Assembly: GCA_016932735.1 (NCBI GenBank) | Contig: JAFGCI010000004.1 | Location: forward strand, 124,711 to 188,710 | Origin: Candidatus Aenigmatarchaeota archaeon | GTDB taxonomy: Archaea; Aenigmatarchaeota; Aenigmatarchaeia; QMZP01; QMZT01 | Length of the DNA: 64,000 bases | Direction: 5' to 3' | Shown: positions 36,694 to 47,870 of the stretch, piece by piece | Layout: every line of letters starts with the position of its first letter | Position numbering within the stretch: position 1 is the stretch's first letter | Position numbers and translations under genes: made by a program | The notes under the pieces: model-generated | The model's database searches: none | Seen by the model: only the letters and a program-made list of their open reading frames with translations | What the model was told of the DNA's origin: nothing

Positions 36694-39600
36694 GTGAGCA
36701 GCACTTATAAGTCACAAGGTACAGCTTCAAGTCTATTTATAGTCTTCTCGGTAATATTGTTCTCGCTCACAACACTATTCGTATTAACAGTCTTTGCTTC
36801 TTCTGAGTTCATTGTTTATACGAATAAGGGTACTTATAATCCTGAAGAGCCTATAGTCATAGTCGTAGAAGGTCCCCCCTTCACCGAATTCTATCTGACA
36901 GTTCTCAATAAGAACATGAAGCAGGTATTTCCAATCGGAGACCCTTTATGGAAACTGAACAGCCATGGAATGCACAATTTTTATCTGGAGGGATTTTCAG
37001 AAAGCGGAATGTACACTGCTAAAGTACTTTCCGGAGAAAAGAATACCCAGTCAACTTTTTATGTGGCCTCTTCCCAGACCGAATTAACAGAAGAACCGGC
37101 TGAACAGGAAACACCTGCTTCTGAAAGCAACATCCAGATACAATCAAAAACTGAAGAAAAAAAGGTTATTGTCGCATCTAGGGAAGAGGTAAAAGAGATT
37201 GAAATCTCTGAAAAGCCAAAATATGGACTTGGATGGGAGGAAGTCTGTAAGGAAGGAAAATGCACAAAGACCATAAGCTCATATTTAAGCTCGATGCAGG
37301 ACAGTGAAGGAGAGTACAGGCCGTTCAACGAACTTGTAAAGCTTAATAAGAAGAGTTCAGGCTCTTACCAGTATCTTGAGATAGACTGGAATTCAAATAA
37401 AGTCGGAATGGACCCTTATGCTGTAATAAACCGCCAGAAGGTGGATGACCTTCCCCCATCAATGAGCTTTAACACGATAACAAAAGAAATCGCGGGCCAG
37501 TATAAATGGTCCTACGAATTCAGGAATATACATAACCTTGAAGCAATTGGAATAAAAATAAATTCGAACGGAGGTATTCTAGAAGTCGTGGATGATGACA
37601 CTATAATCATTGACGGAATTGAGTTAGACTTCTCCGACCTTTACAATTCATGCGACGAATATGGCATCTGCACAGACTCGGGAATTATGGTATCGATAGA
37701 CCAGATAGATTTGAACACAGCCGACGTAAGAATAACCAATTTTGAAGGAACTATAGTGCTCCTGGATCCGACAATAAAGTTGCAGACGGCTGACACCCAG
37801 AATCTCGATGACTCCCATGTCAGAAGCAACTCGGCTACCTCGACTTATGGAACAGACACCGCCTTAAGGCTGAGGTCGAGGTCCAACTTCAAATACAGGT
37901 CATATGTGAAATTCAATATCTCTTCAATACCCTCCGCAGCCACGATACAGGATTCTAAGCTTTGCCTTTATTTGTACAGCGACGACTCGACGCCTTCTGC
38001 AGGGGCGTACCACGTTTACGATTACACATGGACAGAGGAAGCGCTCACATGGAACAACCAGCCATGCGGAACCAACTTTGATAGCACCACAAACTGCAAC
38101 ATTACAGCCGAGAACACCCAGACTACAAGCGGAACCGGCTGGATTTGCTGGAATATCACAAAGATGGTTGCAACCGAGAAATATCAGGGAGATGAGAACG
38201 TTTCTGTGGCTATTAAAACAACAGAAACCGACGGCAATGTAGGAGAGGATGCTTTTTATTCGAAGGAGTACACAACTGATACGAGCCTTCGACCTTACCT
38301 TAACATAACCTATGAAATGCCTCCTGCAATTACTTCAGTCGCAAACTCGTCAACAACTGATATATCAACACTGATAACATGGACAACCGATAAGAACGCC
38401 AACTCGTCGGTAGTTTACGGGAACACTACATCACTGCTCGACGGCTCAAATTCATCTGCAACATTTACAACTGCTCATTCAATTCAGCTTACAAACCTGA
38501 ATCCTCAGACGCTTTATTATTACAACGTGACCAGCTGTGGTTTGGGAACCAAGTGCAATACAACAGGCCCTTACAATTTCACAACTTCGGAGTCTCCTGA
38601 TGCAACCAATCCGATAGCTTCGCTGGGAACGAATCCGGTCGCCAATTACAACGATACTGACGGTTCGGTCACATTCGACCTGAAATGCTCCGACAATAGG
38701 GGTGTTGGTACACTCCAGCTCTGGAGCGACTGGACAGGCTCATGGTCAGCCAATCAGACCAACTCATCCCCGGTAAACAACTCGGTCTGGTCGGTCCTTG
38801 TCGAAGGAATCCCCGAAGGCATATGGTCATGGGGAGCCCACTGCAACGACACTTCAGGAAACGAAGGTTGGACAGACTTAAATAGGACAATAACCATTGA
38901 TACGAAGCCGCCACAGATAACATCAGTTACCAATTCATCAACAACATTTGACCATACCGATATAGTATGGACGACCAACGAGCCTGCAAACTCTTCAATA
39001 ATATACGGAAAGATCGAATTTATGGAAGATGGTTATGAGTCATCCACTTCTCTGATTTATTCACATTCACTATACATTGAGAACCTTGACTCCGAAACGC
39101 TGTATTATTACAATGTGACTTCATGCGATTTTATAGGAAACTGCAATACTACGGGACCATATACATTCAAAACGGCTAGAATGCCTGAAGCGGGGATACC
39201 TTTGGTCTATCTTGGAGGCGAACCCCAAAATTACTTCAATTCATCCTCAGGAAATGTAGAATTTGAAATCAAATGCATTGATGACGGCGAGATAGATTCG
39301 CTCCAGCTGTGGAGCGACTGGAGCGGTTCATGGTCTGGAAATGAAACCAACTCAACATCAATAAATGACACATGGTGGAGCTTTTCTGTCAGCGGAATTC
39401 CTGAAGGTACATGGATTTGGGGGGCATCGTGCAGCGACAAAGAAGAGAATACGGGATGGTCGGCACTTAACAGGACGCTTACAATTGATCTGGCACATCC
39501 CGAGATTTCTTTGCAAGACCCTGAGCCATTTTATAACACAACTTCACAGGACGTGAATTTTATTTTCAGGGCGACAGATAATATGGCAACTGTCCTGTCA

Positions 39601-42600
39601 TGCTCTCTTTACATAAACGGATCTTTTTCCGCGGTTAACTCGTCTGTAATAAACGGCTCATTGACAACATTTGAGAAAACGGGTCTTTCCGAAGGACTCT
39701 CTCAGGACTGGGCAATAAACTGCACGGATTATGCAGGAAATTCATACCAGGCTCCGGAAAGGCACTTTTCAATTGATGCAACGCCCCCCATCACTTCTTT
39801 TGAGAATATGCCTATCGATAATTACAATTATTCTTCCCGTTCTCTCTTATTCGAGCTTTACTGCATAGACAATACAGCTCCTCACACCCTTCAGCTATGG
39901 AGCGACTGGTCAGGCTCATGGTCAGCCAATCAGACCAACTCATCCCCGGTAAACAACTCGGTCTGGTCGGTCCTTGTTGAAGGAATCCCTGAAGGCATAT
40001 GGTCATGGGGAGCCTACTGCAAAGACACTCTCGGTAATAGCGATTGGACTGATGTCAACAGAACCCTTACAATTGATATTACAAAGCCTCAAATTACAGA
40101 TGTAACAAATGAATCGATCACTCATACATCGACAATAATATCATGGAATACTGACGAGCCTGCAAATTCCAGTATTTCATACGGAAGAACGGAAGACCTT
40201 AATGAAGGAATTTCATATTCATCAAATTTTGTGTTTTTTCATCAGGCAAGCCTTTCAAGTCTTTTATGCGATACGCTCTATTACTATAATATAACGTCCT
40301 GCGACTTTGCAGGAAACTGCGACACGACAGGGCCGTACAGCTTTAGGACAAAGCAATATCAGCCTCTTCTAGTGAATACGGTTACGGCATGCGCAGCACA
40401 TGATTCCAAGGCGAGAGGAACATTTGACATAGCATGCGACGCTCCCGACGGCTCTTACCTTGAATCAAATGACGGGAACTACGAAGACCACACGTATACA
40501 AAATCGCTTTATGCCGGAGTGAGGATAGAATCAGTAGATGCAGAAGAGACCAAGTGCTATGGAATTGAGTCTGTTTATATATGTTACGAATGGTGGGGCA
40601 CCAATACTCCTCAGGACTGCGATATATCTGTTGATGCTGATGGTGGCGCAAGCTATACAGTCGCGTCATCAACATGCCCGGGAACGATAGCAGATCCTGG
40701 ACCCCAATGCCTTGATGTGACATCACTTGAAACATGGACATGCCAGAATTTTTTTGGCCCGACCGGAACAAGGGCAGTTGCCAAGTCTGAATTCAGAAGG
40801 ACGAGTGCGGGCGGAGGCAGCACTGAAATTGCATATTGGGACATATTATATTTTAACGTGAGCTATCTTGCAGATATAAAGCCTCCCGAAGTTGTTCTCA
40901 ATAATCCTGCTGACAATTTTAATTCAAGCTCCGGAGATATATACTTTAATTGCACAGGTTTTGATGAAGTTAATCTTACCAGCATAAACCTTTATGGAAG
41001 CTGGGGTCCGGGATGGCATCTCAATGCAACAAATGACAGCGTAATTAACAACACATTAACAACATTCAATGTGAAAGGAATAAAAGAAGGGACATATGAA
41101 TGGAACTGCTATGCATGTGGTAACTTTACAAATTGCCAATTTTACTCGGTTAATTATACAATCACAGTCGATACGACAGCTCCAACAGTCTCACTCTCCT
41201 CACCAATTCCGGACTTCAACACGACCTCAGAATCAATAGACTTCATATTCACGGCCACCGACAACCTCGCATCAGCCCTTTCCTGCGACCTTATAATCAA
41301 CGGCTCAGTTGCCGGAACGAACTCATCAACACTAAACGGCACCCTGACAACATTCATCCAATCATCTTTATCAGAAGGCTTAGACCAGACATGGGCAGTC
41401 AACTGTTCCGACTCCGCGCAAAACAGCAATCAGCCATCAGCAAGGACATTCAGCATCGACCGCACAGGACCATCCATCGCCTTCCCATACTACGCCAACG
41501 CGACAAAGAAAACATCATCCCAGACACTGACCATAAACCTCTCCGTGACAGACACAGGACTAGGACCTGACATATGCCTTGTCCATATTGAAGGGCAGTC
41601 AGCAAACCAGACCATCCCATATGTCAGCGGATGGTGCAACGGGACGATCTCACTGACCAATGCGAATGAAGGCAACTCAACAATCTATGCATACGCAAAC
41701 GACACATTGAACAACTTCGGCCTCAACAGTTCCTATGTAATATACATAGACGACTCTCCGCCAATAATCTCATCAGTAACAAACGCATCCACGACCAACG
41801 AAACAACATTAATCACATGGTCGACCAACGAGCCAGCCAACTCTTCTGTAATCTACGGGACCGACAACACGACCCTGTCAGACGGCTCTAACTCATCCGA
41901 AACCTTAACAAGCTCACACTCATTAGCCCTTAAAGACCTGACACAGGACACCATGTATTACTACAATGTGACATCCTGCGACTCACTAAACAACTGCATA
42001 ACAGAAGGTCCATACAGTTTCAAAACGGCTTTATCAGAGGACGATTTTGATTCTCCGGTAATAAGCCTTATTCTTCCGTTAAACAATTCCGGGGACAATG
42101 ACGGAAACGTCTCTTTTTCATACAACGTCACAGACGACTCTAGCATCTTGAATTGTTCGTTGATTTTGAACGGGCAGATAAACCAGACGAATTCGACTGT
42201 CCAGAAAACAATTACCCAGTATTTCAATGTTACCAGCCTTCCGGCCGGTCATTACAACTGGAGCATAAGATGCACTGACGATTCGCCTAATGAAAACACA
42301 CAGACCACAGCATCAAGAAATATTGACATGATAATTTATTCGGCCCCGGTGGAAAACTTTACAATGACAGACTTGTCACAGGTTGATACTTCAAACATCA
42401 CGGATTTCTATATAGAGATAGAAAATAAGACGAGACTTATATTCAACGAGACTCTGGATTTATCAGGCGGATTAGATTTGTCATCAATAATAACAATCCA
42501 GAGCAATTTCATAGATGTCGATACAGCCTCTGAGCCAAGGCTCAATAAATCTGCAGAAATAACTTTCCATAATCTTTCCTATATCTTTAATCCGGTCATA

Positions 42601-45600
42601 CTAAGGAACGGGAAAGAATGCCCGTCTTCTATATGCATGGACAATTATTACAATTTGGGAGAAGGTGTTCTCAGGTTTAATGTAACCCAGTTTACAAACT
42701 ATTCAAGTTCCGAAAACAGCCGGCTTGAAATCTGGGACAGCGGTGATGAAGAGGGCGGGCTTAATATACACAATCCCGGTGATATTGTGGCATTCTATGC
42801 CAATTATACCAATTTGACAAGTTCCGAATCAATAAACGGAACTGGAATAAACTGTACAATAAATTTCGAGGATGGCAGCATCAACATGACCTTTAATGAA
42901 AGCTCTGCTATATACTGGTATAACAGGACTTTCACGACAGCCGGGCTGAAAGAATGGAACGTTTCCTGCAACGGTTCAGTTCAGGACTATGAGCCCCTTA
43001 TCGTCACGGAAACAATTACCATATACGAGCCATGGTGGAACGACAGCTGGAAGTACAGGATTCCAGTGACTATAGAGAATTATTCATATGTGCTTGAAGA
43101 CTTCCAGGTTCTGATAACAATTGACAGTTCAAGCGCTCCTGAAAACTGGAACTGGTCCCAGCAGAACGGAGTCCGCTTCGTTTGGGTGAACGATTCAGGC
43201 GACATTGAAATTCCTCATTATACACCTTACTGGAGTGCCGTTTCTGAGGAAGCGCAGATATGGATAAAGATGCCTGAGATTTCGAATGTTACCAATGAAA
43301 CTGTTCACCTGTATTATGAAAATCCGTCAGCTTCAGATACAAGCAACGCCACAAAAGTCTATGATGTCTATAATGACTTTGAATCCGGAATGGATTATTT
43401 TACACAAAGGAACACAGACGGCGGAGCATGTTCATTAAGCGGGGGAAGGCTTGTCTGCGATCCGAACACACAATGGTCAGGCGCTTATGCCTACACAGAT
43501 TACAACTTCACAACAAAGTATGGATACTACATAGAATTCCGGATGTGGAAAAACCAGTCGACATCAGGATCACCTCCCTTCGGATTCAGTACAGTTTATA
43601 TGAGGAAACCTTATCCGGATCTGGGCTATGAGACTACCTATTATTATACAGCCCAGTCGTCGTCGCTGATAATAGAGGATCGTGTCGATACAGGAAGCTA
43701 CAATGAACAGCAGACTTATGCCAAATGGAACAACGGCACATTCACAGGCAAAGATGACAAATCATGGGCTCAGTACGATAACCAGCCTTATGATTATATT
43801 GTGGTATGGGATACGGACAGCAACATTCTTTCCCAGAACGTAACCCATAACGGTACTTTGCATTCTTCCCAAAGTTATATTCCTGAAAGCGTAATAACCG
43901 ACATTGGAAGCTGGTGGAAGCTGGAAGTCGGAACCTTTGGCTACTATGACACTAATGCAGAATATGATTCCATATCTATGAGAAAATACATAGCAGATGA
44001 AATTGCTCTGTATTACGGCGAAGAGGAGACATCCGGACTCGTTCTAAGCGTAACCAGCCCGTCAAACACATCCTATTCGAATGCGACAATGACTTACAGC
44101 GGATATACAAACAACAACGCTACAATAAGAATGAGCATCAACGGAAACGATAATTATACTTTCTGCTCAAGCTGCACGTCTTTTGGCCTGTCGACATCTG
44201 AAAATGTTACGGAAGGCTCCAATAACGTGACCTTCTGGGCAATCAGCACTGCAAATACATCAGTGGTTGTCAATGAAACAGTATGGTTTTACTTAGATAC
44301 GATTGTGCCTGAAGTTGAATGGAATCCGGAAGCGACCGAGTCAGGGACGCAGTCAAACGTTGAAATTTTGATTAACTGCTCTTTTGATGAAACAAACCCC
44401 CATACAAAAGGATACCAGTTCAATGGAACAAATTCGACCTCATGGGACGGCAACGACGGAATGAATTACTGGGTTGTAAAGAACAGTCTGGAATTCGGAA
44501 ACTACAACGATATATATTGCTGGATAAATGACACCCTCGGACATTATAACGAGACTTCAAAAAGAGAAATAAGCATTCTATGGCTGGATTGGTGGGACGC
44601 GGACTGGACACTAAGAACACCCATAAGTCTTGAAGAAAAAGCGGATAAATATGACTTAATTAATATGACCTTTATGCTGTCGATTAATACATCAAAACTT
44701 TATAATGAAGGCAAAATAAGAGACGACTGCGGGGATATAAGGTTTGTCTATAATGAATCGCATAAGGAGATTCCATATAACTTCACGGAATGTGAAATCA
44801 CGGGCGGAAATACGACATTCTGGATAATGTTTGATCTCGATCGTGCTGATACAATGCTACTGTACATGTACTACAACAATTCAGAGGCGTCAGCAACAAG
44901 ACAGACTCTGAAGCCATACGATACTGAGGATTGTACATTCTTTGACAGTCTTGACGGCTCGACAGCAGGTTCTATAACAGGCTCTGAATTCACGGACTAT
45001 GAATGGGTTACTGATGGCAGGGGAGCAGGCATGCTTTATGAACTTACATCGTCATTTGAGAATTCATGGGCTTACAATCCGGGTTCCGAGGGAACTATTG
45101 AATTCTGGCTAAAGCTTGACGAGGAAATAAATACATCAAGCACGGTGTCTGCCAAGACAATAATTTCATCGGGAAGGAACGGCATATCATTTGATCAGGC
45201 AAGCGGCGCAAATAATGTTCCGGGCCACATTATATTTGGCATCTCACCATCTGCGGGATTCTATTCGGAGATTTACACAAATCAGGACAAATGGTATGAA
45301 GATAACTTCTATCATATAGCCGTTACGTGGGACGGTTCCACTCAGAGCATATATGTAAACGGAACCCTTGACAAGAGCCAGACGCAGACGAGAGCAGGTG
45401 GATGGGGTTCATCTGTTCTGACAAACAGGAATTCCAACTGGGGGAGCAATGCTTATAAGATAAGTAACGTAAGATTATGCCCGGCAGCAAAAACATCCTT
45501 CCAGTATGTCGTTTATCCGGAGCCGAATTCAACTATTCAGCCGGAGGAAACAGTGCCTTTCCTTGATATCGGTTCACCAGTCAATACAACCTATTATTCG

Positions 45601-47625
45601 TATCTTGTTGAAATATTCGGTGAGACAGCTGAACTATCCAATGTTTCGTGGTCGATGAACGGTAACACAAACCAGACTAGCTGCTACAACTGCACGACTT
45701 TCAGCAATATAACATCCGATTTTGTCGTTCAGGGACTCAATAACATAACCATTTATGCCAACTCGACAGAGACTTCGACAAAAGAATCAGAAACGATATG
45801 GTTCACCGTCGATATACTCAACATAAATATGGAGTCTCCGATGAATCACTCAGGGGATTCTGATGGTGACATAATTTTTGAATACAACCTGACAGGGAAT
45901 AGGGGGATAAACAACTGTTCCCTGATTCTCAACGGCCAGCTGAACCAGACAAATACAAGCAGCCTGTCCAAGGATACGAAACTCAACTTCACACTAAACG
46001 ATTTGCCTGTTGCAGGATACAACTGGACCGTTAACTGCACGGCATCTGACGGTCAGATTGTCGGCGGAAACATAAGCTATGCTGAAGTTATTTACACTTC
46101 CGACTTTGGAGGCTCCACGACAGACTTGTCGACGGTTGATATCAGGAATATAGCATCATTTACAATTGAAAACCCGGATTATGGAAAGATAGTTTACACG
46201 CCGAACATAGACCTTTCAGGCGGTGTCAATCTTAACTCTGTAATAGACATTTTATATAACGGCACATATGTCAACTCCTCAGCAGACTCGCGTCTCAATG
46301 TCTCAGCAACAGTATCAATTTATAATCTGACTTATAAAGAGACTCCGGTAATACTCAGGGACGGTACCATATGCTCCGGTTCAATGTGCTCATTTATATC
46401 ATACAACCCGTCAACCGGATTATTCATATTTACTGTGAGTTATTTCAGCAATTATTCATCAACCGAAAATGCAGGTCTTGCTATATGGGACTCGACAGAT
46501 CCCGAGGGCGGTTCAAATATAATCTTTGTAGGACAGCCTTTGATGATATACACCAATTACACAGACGTGACTGATAGCCAGCCGATAACAGGTAGCGGCG
46601 TTTATTGCAACCTGACAGCAAGCGGCTCCGAATATCAGATGGATTATAACGCCACAACAAAACTCTATGAATACAGTCATACATTTTATGACAGCGGCAA
46701 TCAGACATATTATGTATTCTGTAATGGCTCGTCAATGGGGTACGAGCCAATAAACCTTACAGACAACGCAACAATTGAAGGGACGTCACTTGAAGTTGAG
46801 CTTATAACGCCGCCAACGATACCCGGCGATGGCGATGCTAACATGAGCGTCGGCTATATAGTCGGAGCCAACAGGACATTCGTGATAAATGCAACAGTCA
46901 TATGCCGGCAAGGCTATTGCGCATATGTAAATGCTACTGTCCGTTATAATAAGTCCTCAACAGACCCTGATACAAATGTTCCGGTGGCATACACGCCCGG
47001 CGAGGCATTCTTCATGCAGGACGGCATGAACACGAAGAACTGTTCAGAGAACCCTCTGGATGAGGACGAATGGTGCAATATTACATGGACAATAAATGCC
47101 TCAGCCGACCTAAACACTATCTGGAAAATAGATGTGATGTTCAACTCATCAGTTAACAGGACGAACACCACAGATATGACTCAGATACAGATCGGTAAAA
47201 TATTATTGATGGACCTTTCATATGAAGTGATAGATTTCGGTATATTGAATCCGGACGGGGAAGAAACACTTTATCCTGCAATAAATTCAAGCAATATGAC
47301 GTATAATGTGACTGTGGACCAGAACTCCAATGACATAGAGGAGCTGTGGGTAATGGGAACACATCTCACAAACGGAACAATAGATTATAACAGATTTATC
47401 AATGTAAGCAGGGTGAAATGGGCCCGTTCATATCTGGGCGACAATCCAGTCGGGGACCCCAATCTATACAATCTCACACTGTCATTTGACAAGGTAAATA
47501 AAGACACAATTCCGATATATTCCGGAACAAACGAAACGATGTACTTCTGGATAGATTCTCCGGGAGGCGTGCTGCCATTGACATACACGGGAACCCTGAC
47601 TATAATGGGCAACGCCACATTCTGA
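36694..47625 (+). CDS. Giant secreted surface protein (3643 aa), adhesin/S-layer-like, built from FN3-like, Ig-like, DUF2341-like and LamG-like modules and heavily sequon-decorated
   Basis: Single uninterrupted ORF with a GTG start. N-terminal signal-like MSSTYKSQGTASSLFIVFSVILFSLTTLFVLTVFASS. Four FN3-like repeats (PP-x-ITSVxNxSTT...YGxT...LYYYNVTSCDxxGNCxTTGPYxFxT). Several Ig-like repeats (DNxAxxLSCxLxINGS...). Two W-W-N/D-x-S/D-W-x-Y/L-R DUF2341-like modules (about 43033 and 44590). One LamG-like jelly-roll (GTIEFWLKLDEE...YHIAVTWDGSTQSIYVNGT...). N-x-S/T sequons every ~10-15 residues. Confidence 0.8.
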   Translation: MSSTYKSQGTASSLFIVFSVILFSLTTLFVLTVFASSEFIVYTNKGTYNPEEPIVIVVEGPPFTEFYLTVLNKNMKQVFPIGDPLWKLNSHGMHNFYLEGFSESGMYTAKVLSGEKNTQSTFYVASSQTELTEEPAEQETPASESNIQIQSKTEEKKVIVASREEVKEIEISEKPKYGLGWEEVCKEGKCTKTISSYLSSMQDSEGEYRPFNELVKLNKKSSGSYQYLEIDWNSNKVGMDPYAVINRQKVDDLPPSMSFNTITKEIAGQYKWSYEFRNIHNLEAIGIKINSNGGILEVVDDDTIIIDGIELDFSDLYNSCDEYGICTDSGIMVSIDQIDLNTADVRITNFEGTIVLLDPTIKLQTADTQNLDDSHVRSNSATSTYGTDTALRLRSRSNFKYRSYVKFNISSIPSAATIQDSKLCLYLYSDDSTPSAGAYHVYDYTWTEEALTWNNQPCGTNFDSTTNCNITAENTQTTSGTGWICWNITKMVATEKYQGDENVSVAIKTTETDGNVGEDAFYSKEYTTDTSLRPYLNITYEMPPAITSVANSSTTDISTLITWTTDKNANSSVVYGNTTSLLDGSNSSATFTTAHSIQLTNLNPQTLYYYNVTSCGLGTKCNTTGPYNFTTSESPDATNPIASLGTNPVANYNDTDGSVTFDLKCSDNRGVGTLQLWSDWTGSWSANQTNSSPVNNSVWSVLVEGIPEGIWSWGAHCNDTSGNEGWTDLNRTITIDTKPPQITSVTNSSTTFDHTDIVWTTNEPANSSIIYGKIEFMEDGYESSTSLIYSHSLYIENLDSETLYYYNVTSCDFIGNCNTTGPYTFKTARMPEAGIPLVYLGGEPQNYFNSSSGNVEFEIKCIDDGEIDSLQLWSDWSGSWSGNETNSTSINDTWWSFSVSGIPEGTWIWGASCSDKEENTGWSALNRTLTIDLAHPEISLQDPEPFYNTTSQDVNFIFRATDNMATVLSCSLYINGSFSAVNSSVINGSLTTFEKTGLSEGLSQDWAINCTDYAGNSYQAPERHFSIDATPPITSFENMPIDNYNYSSRSLLFELYCIDNTAPHTLQLWSDWSGSWSANQTNSSPVNNSVWSVLVEGIPEGIWSWGAYCKDTLGNSDWTDVNRTLTIDITKPQITDVTNESITHTSTIISWNTDEPANSSISYGRTEDLNEGISYSSNFVFFHQASLSSLLCDTLYYYNITSCDFAGNCDTTGPYSFRTKQYQPLLVNTVTACAAHDSKARGTFDIACDAPDGSYLESNDGNYEDHTYTKSLYAGVRIESVDAEETKCYGIESVYICYEWWGTNTPQDCDISVDADGGASYTVASSTCPGTIADPGPQCLDVTSLETWTCQNFFGPTGTRAVAKSEFRRTSAGGGSTEIAYWDILYFNVSYLADIKPPEVVLNNPADNFNSSSGDIYFNCTGFDEVNLTSINLYGSWGPGWHLNATNDSVINNTLTTFNVKGIKEGTYEWNCYACGNFTNCQFYSVNYTITVDTTAPTVSLSSPIPDFNTTSESIDFIFTATDNLASALSCDLIINGSVAGTNSSTLNGTLTTFIQSSLSEGLDQTWAVNCSDSAQNSNQPSARTFSIDRTGPSIAFPYYANATKKTSSQTLTINLSVTDTGLGPDICLVHIEGQSANQTIPYVSGWCNGTISLTNANEGNSTIYAYANDTLNNFGLNSSYVIYIDDSPPIISSVTNASTTNETTLITWSTNEPANSSVIYGTDNTTLSDGSNSSETLTSSHSLALKDLTQDTMYYYNVTSCDSLNNCITEGPYSFKTALSEDDFDSPVISLILPLNNSGDNDGNVSFSYNVTDDSSILNCSLILNGQINQTNSTVQKTITQYFNVTSLPAGHYNWSIRCTDDSPNENTQTTASRNIDMIIYSAPVENFTMTDLSQVDTSNITDFYIEIENKTRLIFNETLDLSGGLDLSSIITIQSNFIDVDTASEPRLNKSAEITFHNLSYIFNPVILRNGKECPSSICMDNYYNLGEGVLRFNVTQFTNYSSSENSRLEIWDSGDEEGGLNIHNPGDIVAFYANYTNLTSSESINGTGINCTINFEDGSINMTFNESSAIYWYNRTFTTAGLKEWNVSCNGSVQDYEPLIVTETITIYEPWWNDSWKYRIPVTIENYSYVLEDFQVLITIDSSSAPENWNWSQQNGVRFVWVNDSGDIEIPHYTPYWSAVSEEAQIWIKMPEISNVTNETVHLYYENPSASDTSNATKVYDVYNDFESGMDYFTQRNTDGGACSLSGGRLVCDPNTQWSGAYAYTDYNFTTKYGYYIEFRMWKNQSTSGSPPFGFSTVYMRKPYPDLGYETTYYYTAQSSSLIIEDRVDTGSYNEQQTYAKWNNGTFTGKDDKSWAQYDNQPYDYIVVWDTDSNILSQNVTHNGTLHSSQSYIPESVITDIGSWWKLEVGTFGYYDTNAEYDSISMRKYIADEIALYYGEEETSGLVLSVTSPSNTSYSNATMTYSGYTNNNATIRMSINGNDNYTFCSSCTSFGLSTSENVTEGSNNVTFWAISTANTSVVVNETVWFYLDTIVPEVEWNPEATESGTQSNVEILINCSFDETNPHTKGYQFNGTNSTSWDGNDGMNYWVVKNSLEFGNYNDIYCWINDTLGHYNETSKREISILWLDWWDADWTLRTPISLEEKADKYDLINMTFMLSINTSKLYNEGKIRDDCGDIRFVYNESHKEIPYNFTECEITGGNTTFWIMFDLDRADTMLLYMYYNNSEASATRQTLKPYDTEDCTFFDSLDGSTAGSITGSEFTDYEWVTDGRGAGMLYELTSSFENSWAYNPGSEGTIEFWLKLDEEINTSSTVSAKTIISSGRNGISFDQASGANNVPGHIIFGISPSAGFYSEIYTNQDKWYEDNFYHIAVTWDGSTQSIYVNGTLDKSQTQTRAGGWGSSVLTNRNSNWGSNAYKISNVRLCPAAKTSFQYVVYPEPNSTIQPEETVPFLDIGSPVNTTYYSYLVEIFGETAELSNVSWSMNGNTNQTSCYNCTTFSNITSDFVVQGLNNITIYANSTETSTKESETIWFTVDILNINMESPMNHSGDSDGDIIFEYNLTGNRGINNCSLILNGQLNQTNTSSLSKDTKLNFTLNDLPVAGYNWTVNCTASDGQIVGGNISYAEVIYTSDFGGSTTDLSTVDIRNIASFTIENPDYGKIVYTPNIDLSGGVNLNSVIDILYNGTYVNSSADSRLNVSATVSIYNLTYKETPVILRDGTICSGSMCSFISYNPSTGLFIFTVSYFSNYSSTENAGLAIWDSTDPEGGSNIIFVGQPLMIYTNYTDVTDSQPITGSGVYCNLTASGSEYQMDYNATTKLYEYSHTFYDSGNQTYYVFCNGSSMGYEPINLTDNATIEGTSLEVELITPPTIPGDGDANMSVGYIVGANRTFVINATVICRQGYCAYVNATVRYNKSSTDPDTNVPVAYTPGEAFFMQDGMNTKNCSENPLDEDEWCNITWTINASADLNTIWKIDVMFNSSVNRTNTTDMTQIQIGKILLMDLSYEVIDFGILNPDGEETLYPAINSSNMTYNVTVDQNSNDIEELWVMGTHLTNGTIDYNRFINVSRVKWARSYLGDNPVGDPNLYNLTLSFDKVNKDTIPIYSGTNETMYFWIDSPGGVLPLTYTGTLTIMGNATF
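38712..38855 (+). repeat. Intragenic near-identical DNA repeat, copy 1 (encodes LQLWSDWTGSWSANQTNSSPVNNSVWSVLVEGIPEGIWSWGA)
   Basis: About 140 nt, nearly identical to 39892-40035 by eye. A more diverged copy lies at about 39300-39440. The minus-strand shadow ORFs 38669-38923 and 39812-40006 share the same peptide. Confidence 0.7.
39892..40035 (+). repeat. Intragenic near-identical DNA repeat, copy 2
   Basis: See copy 1. Only a handful of substitutions across ~140 nt. Confidence 0.7.
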
Positions 47626-47870
47626 TTCATTCCAGAGCCAATAATTATATAAATTATATAATTAATTAACCAACATACGAGTGGGCAAGAATCAGTGCTT
47701 GTCAGAGCAATAGTTAAAACACGAGTGCGAGGTGTTTTGTGAGGGGAGAAGCGAGGGGAGTCGTTAGATGTTTGGTTATATCTAATAAGAACTCCTCATT
47801 TTTTTTACCGGTAAGAGAACAGCCGATTTACTCTTATCTCTCCCCCAAATAACCGGTCAGGGAGAGTCAG

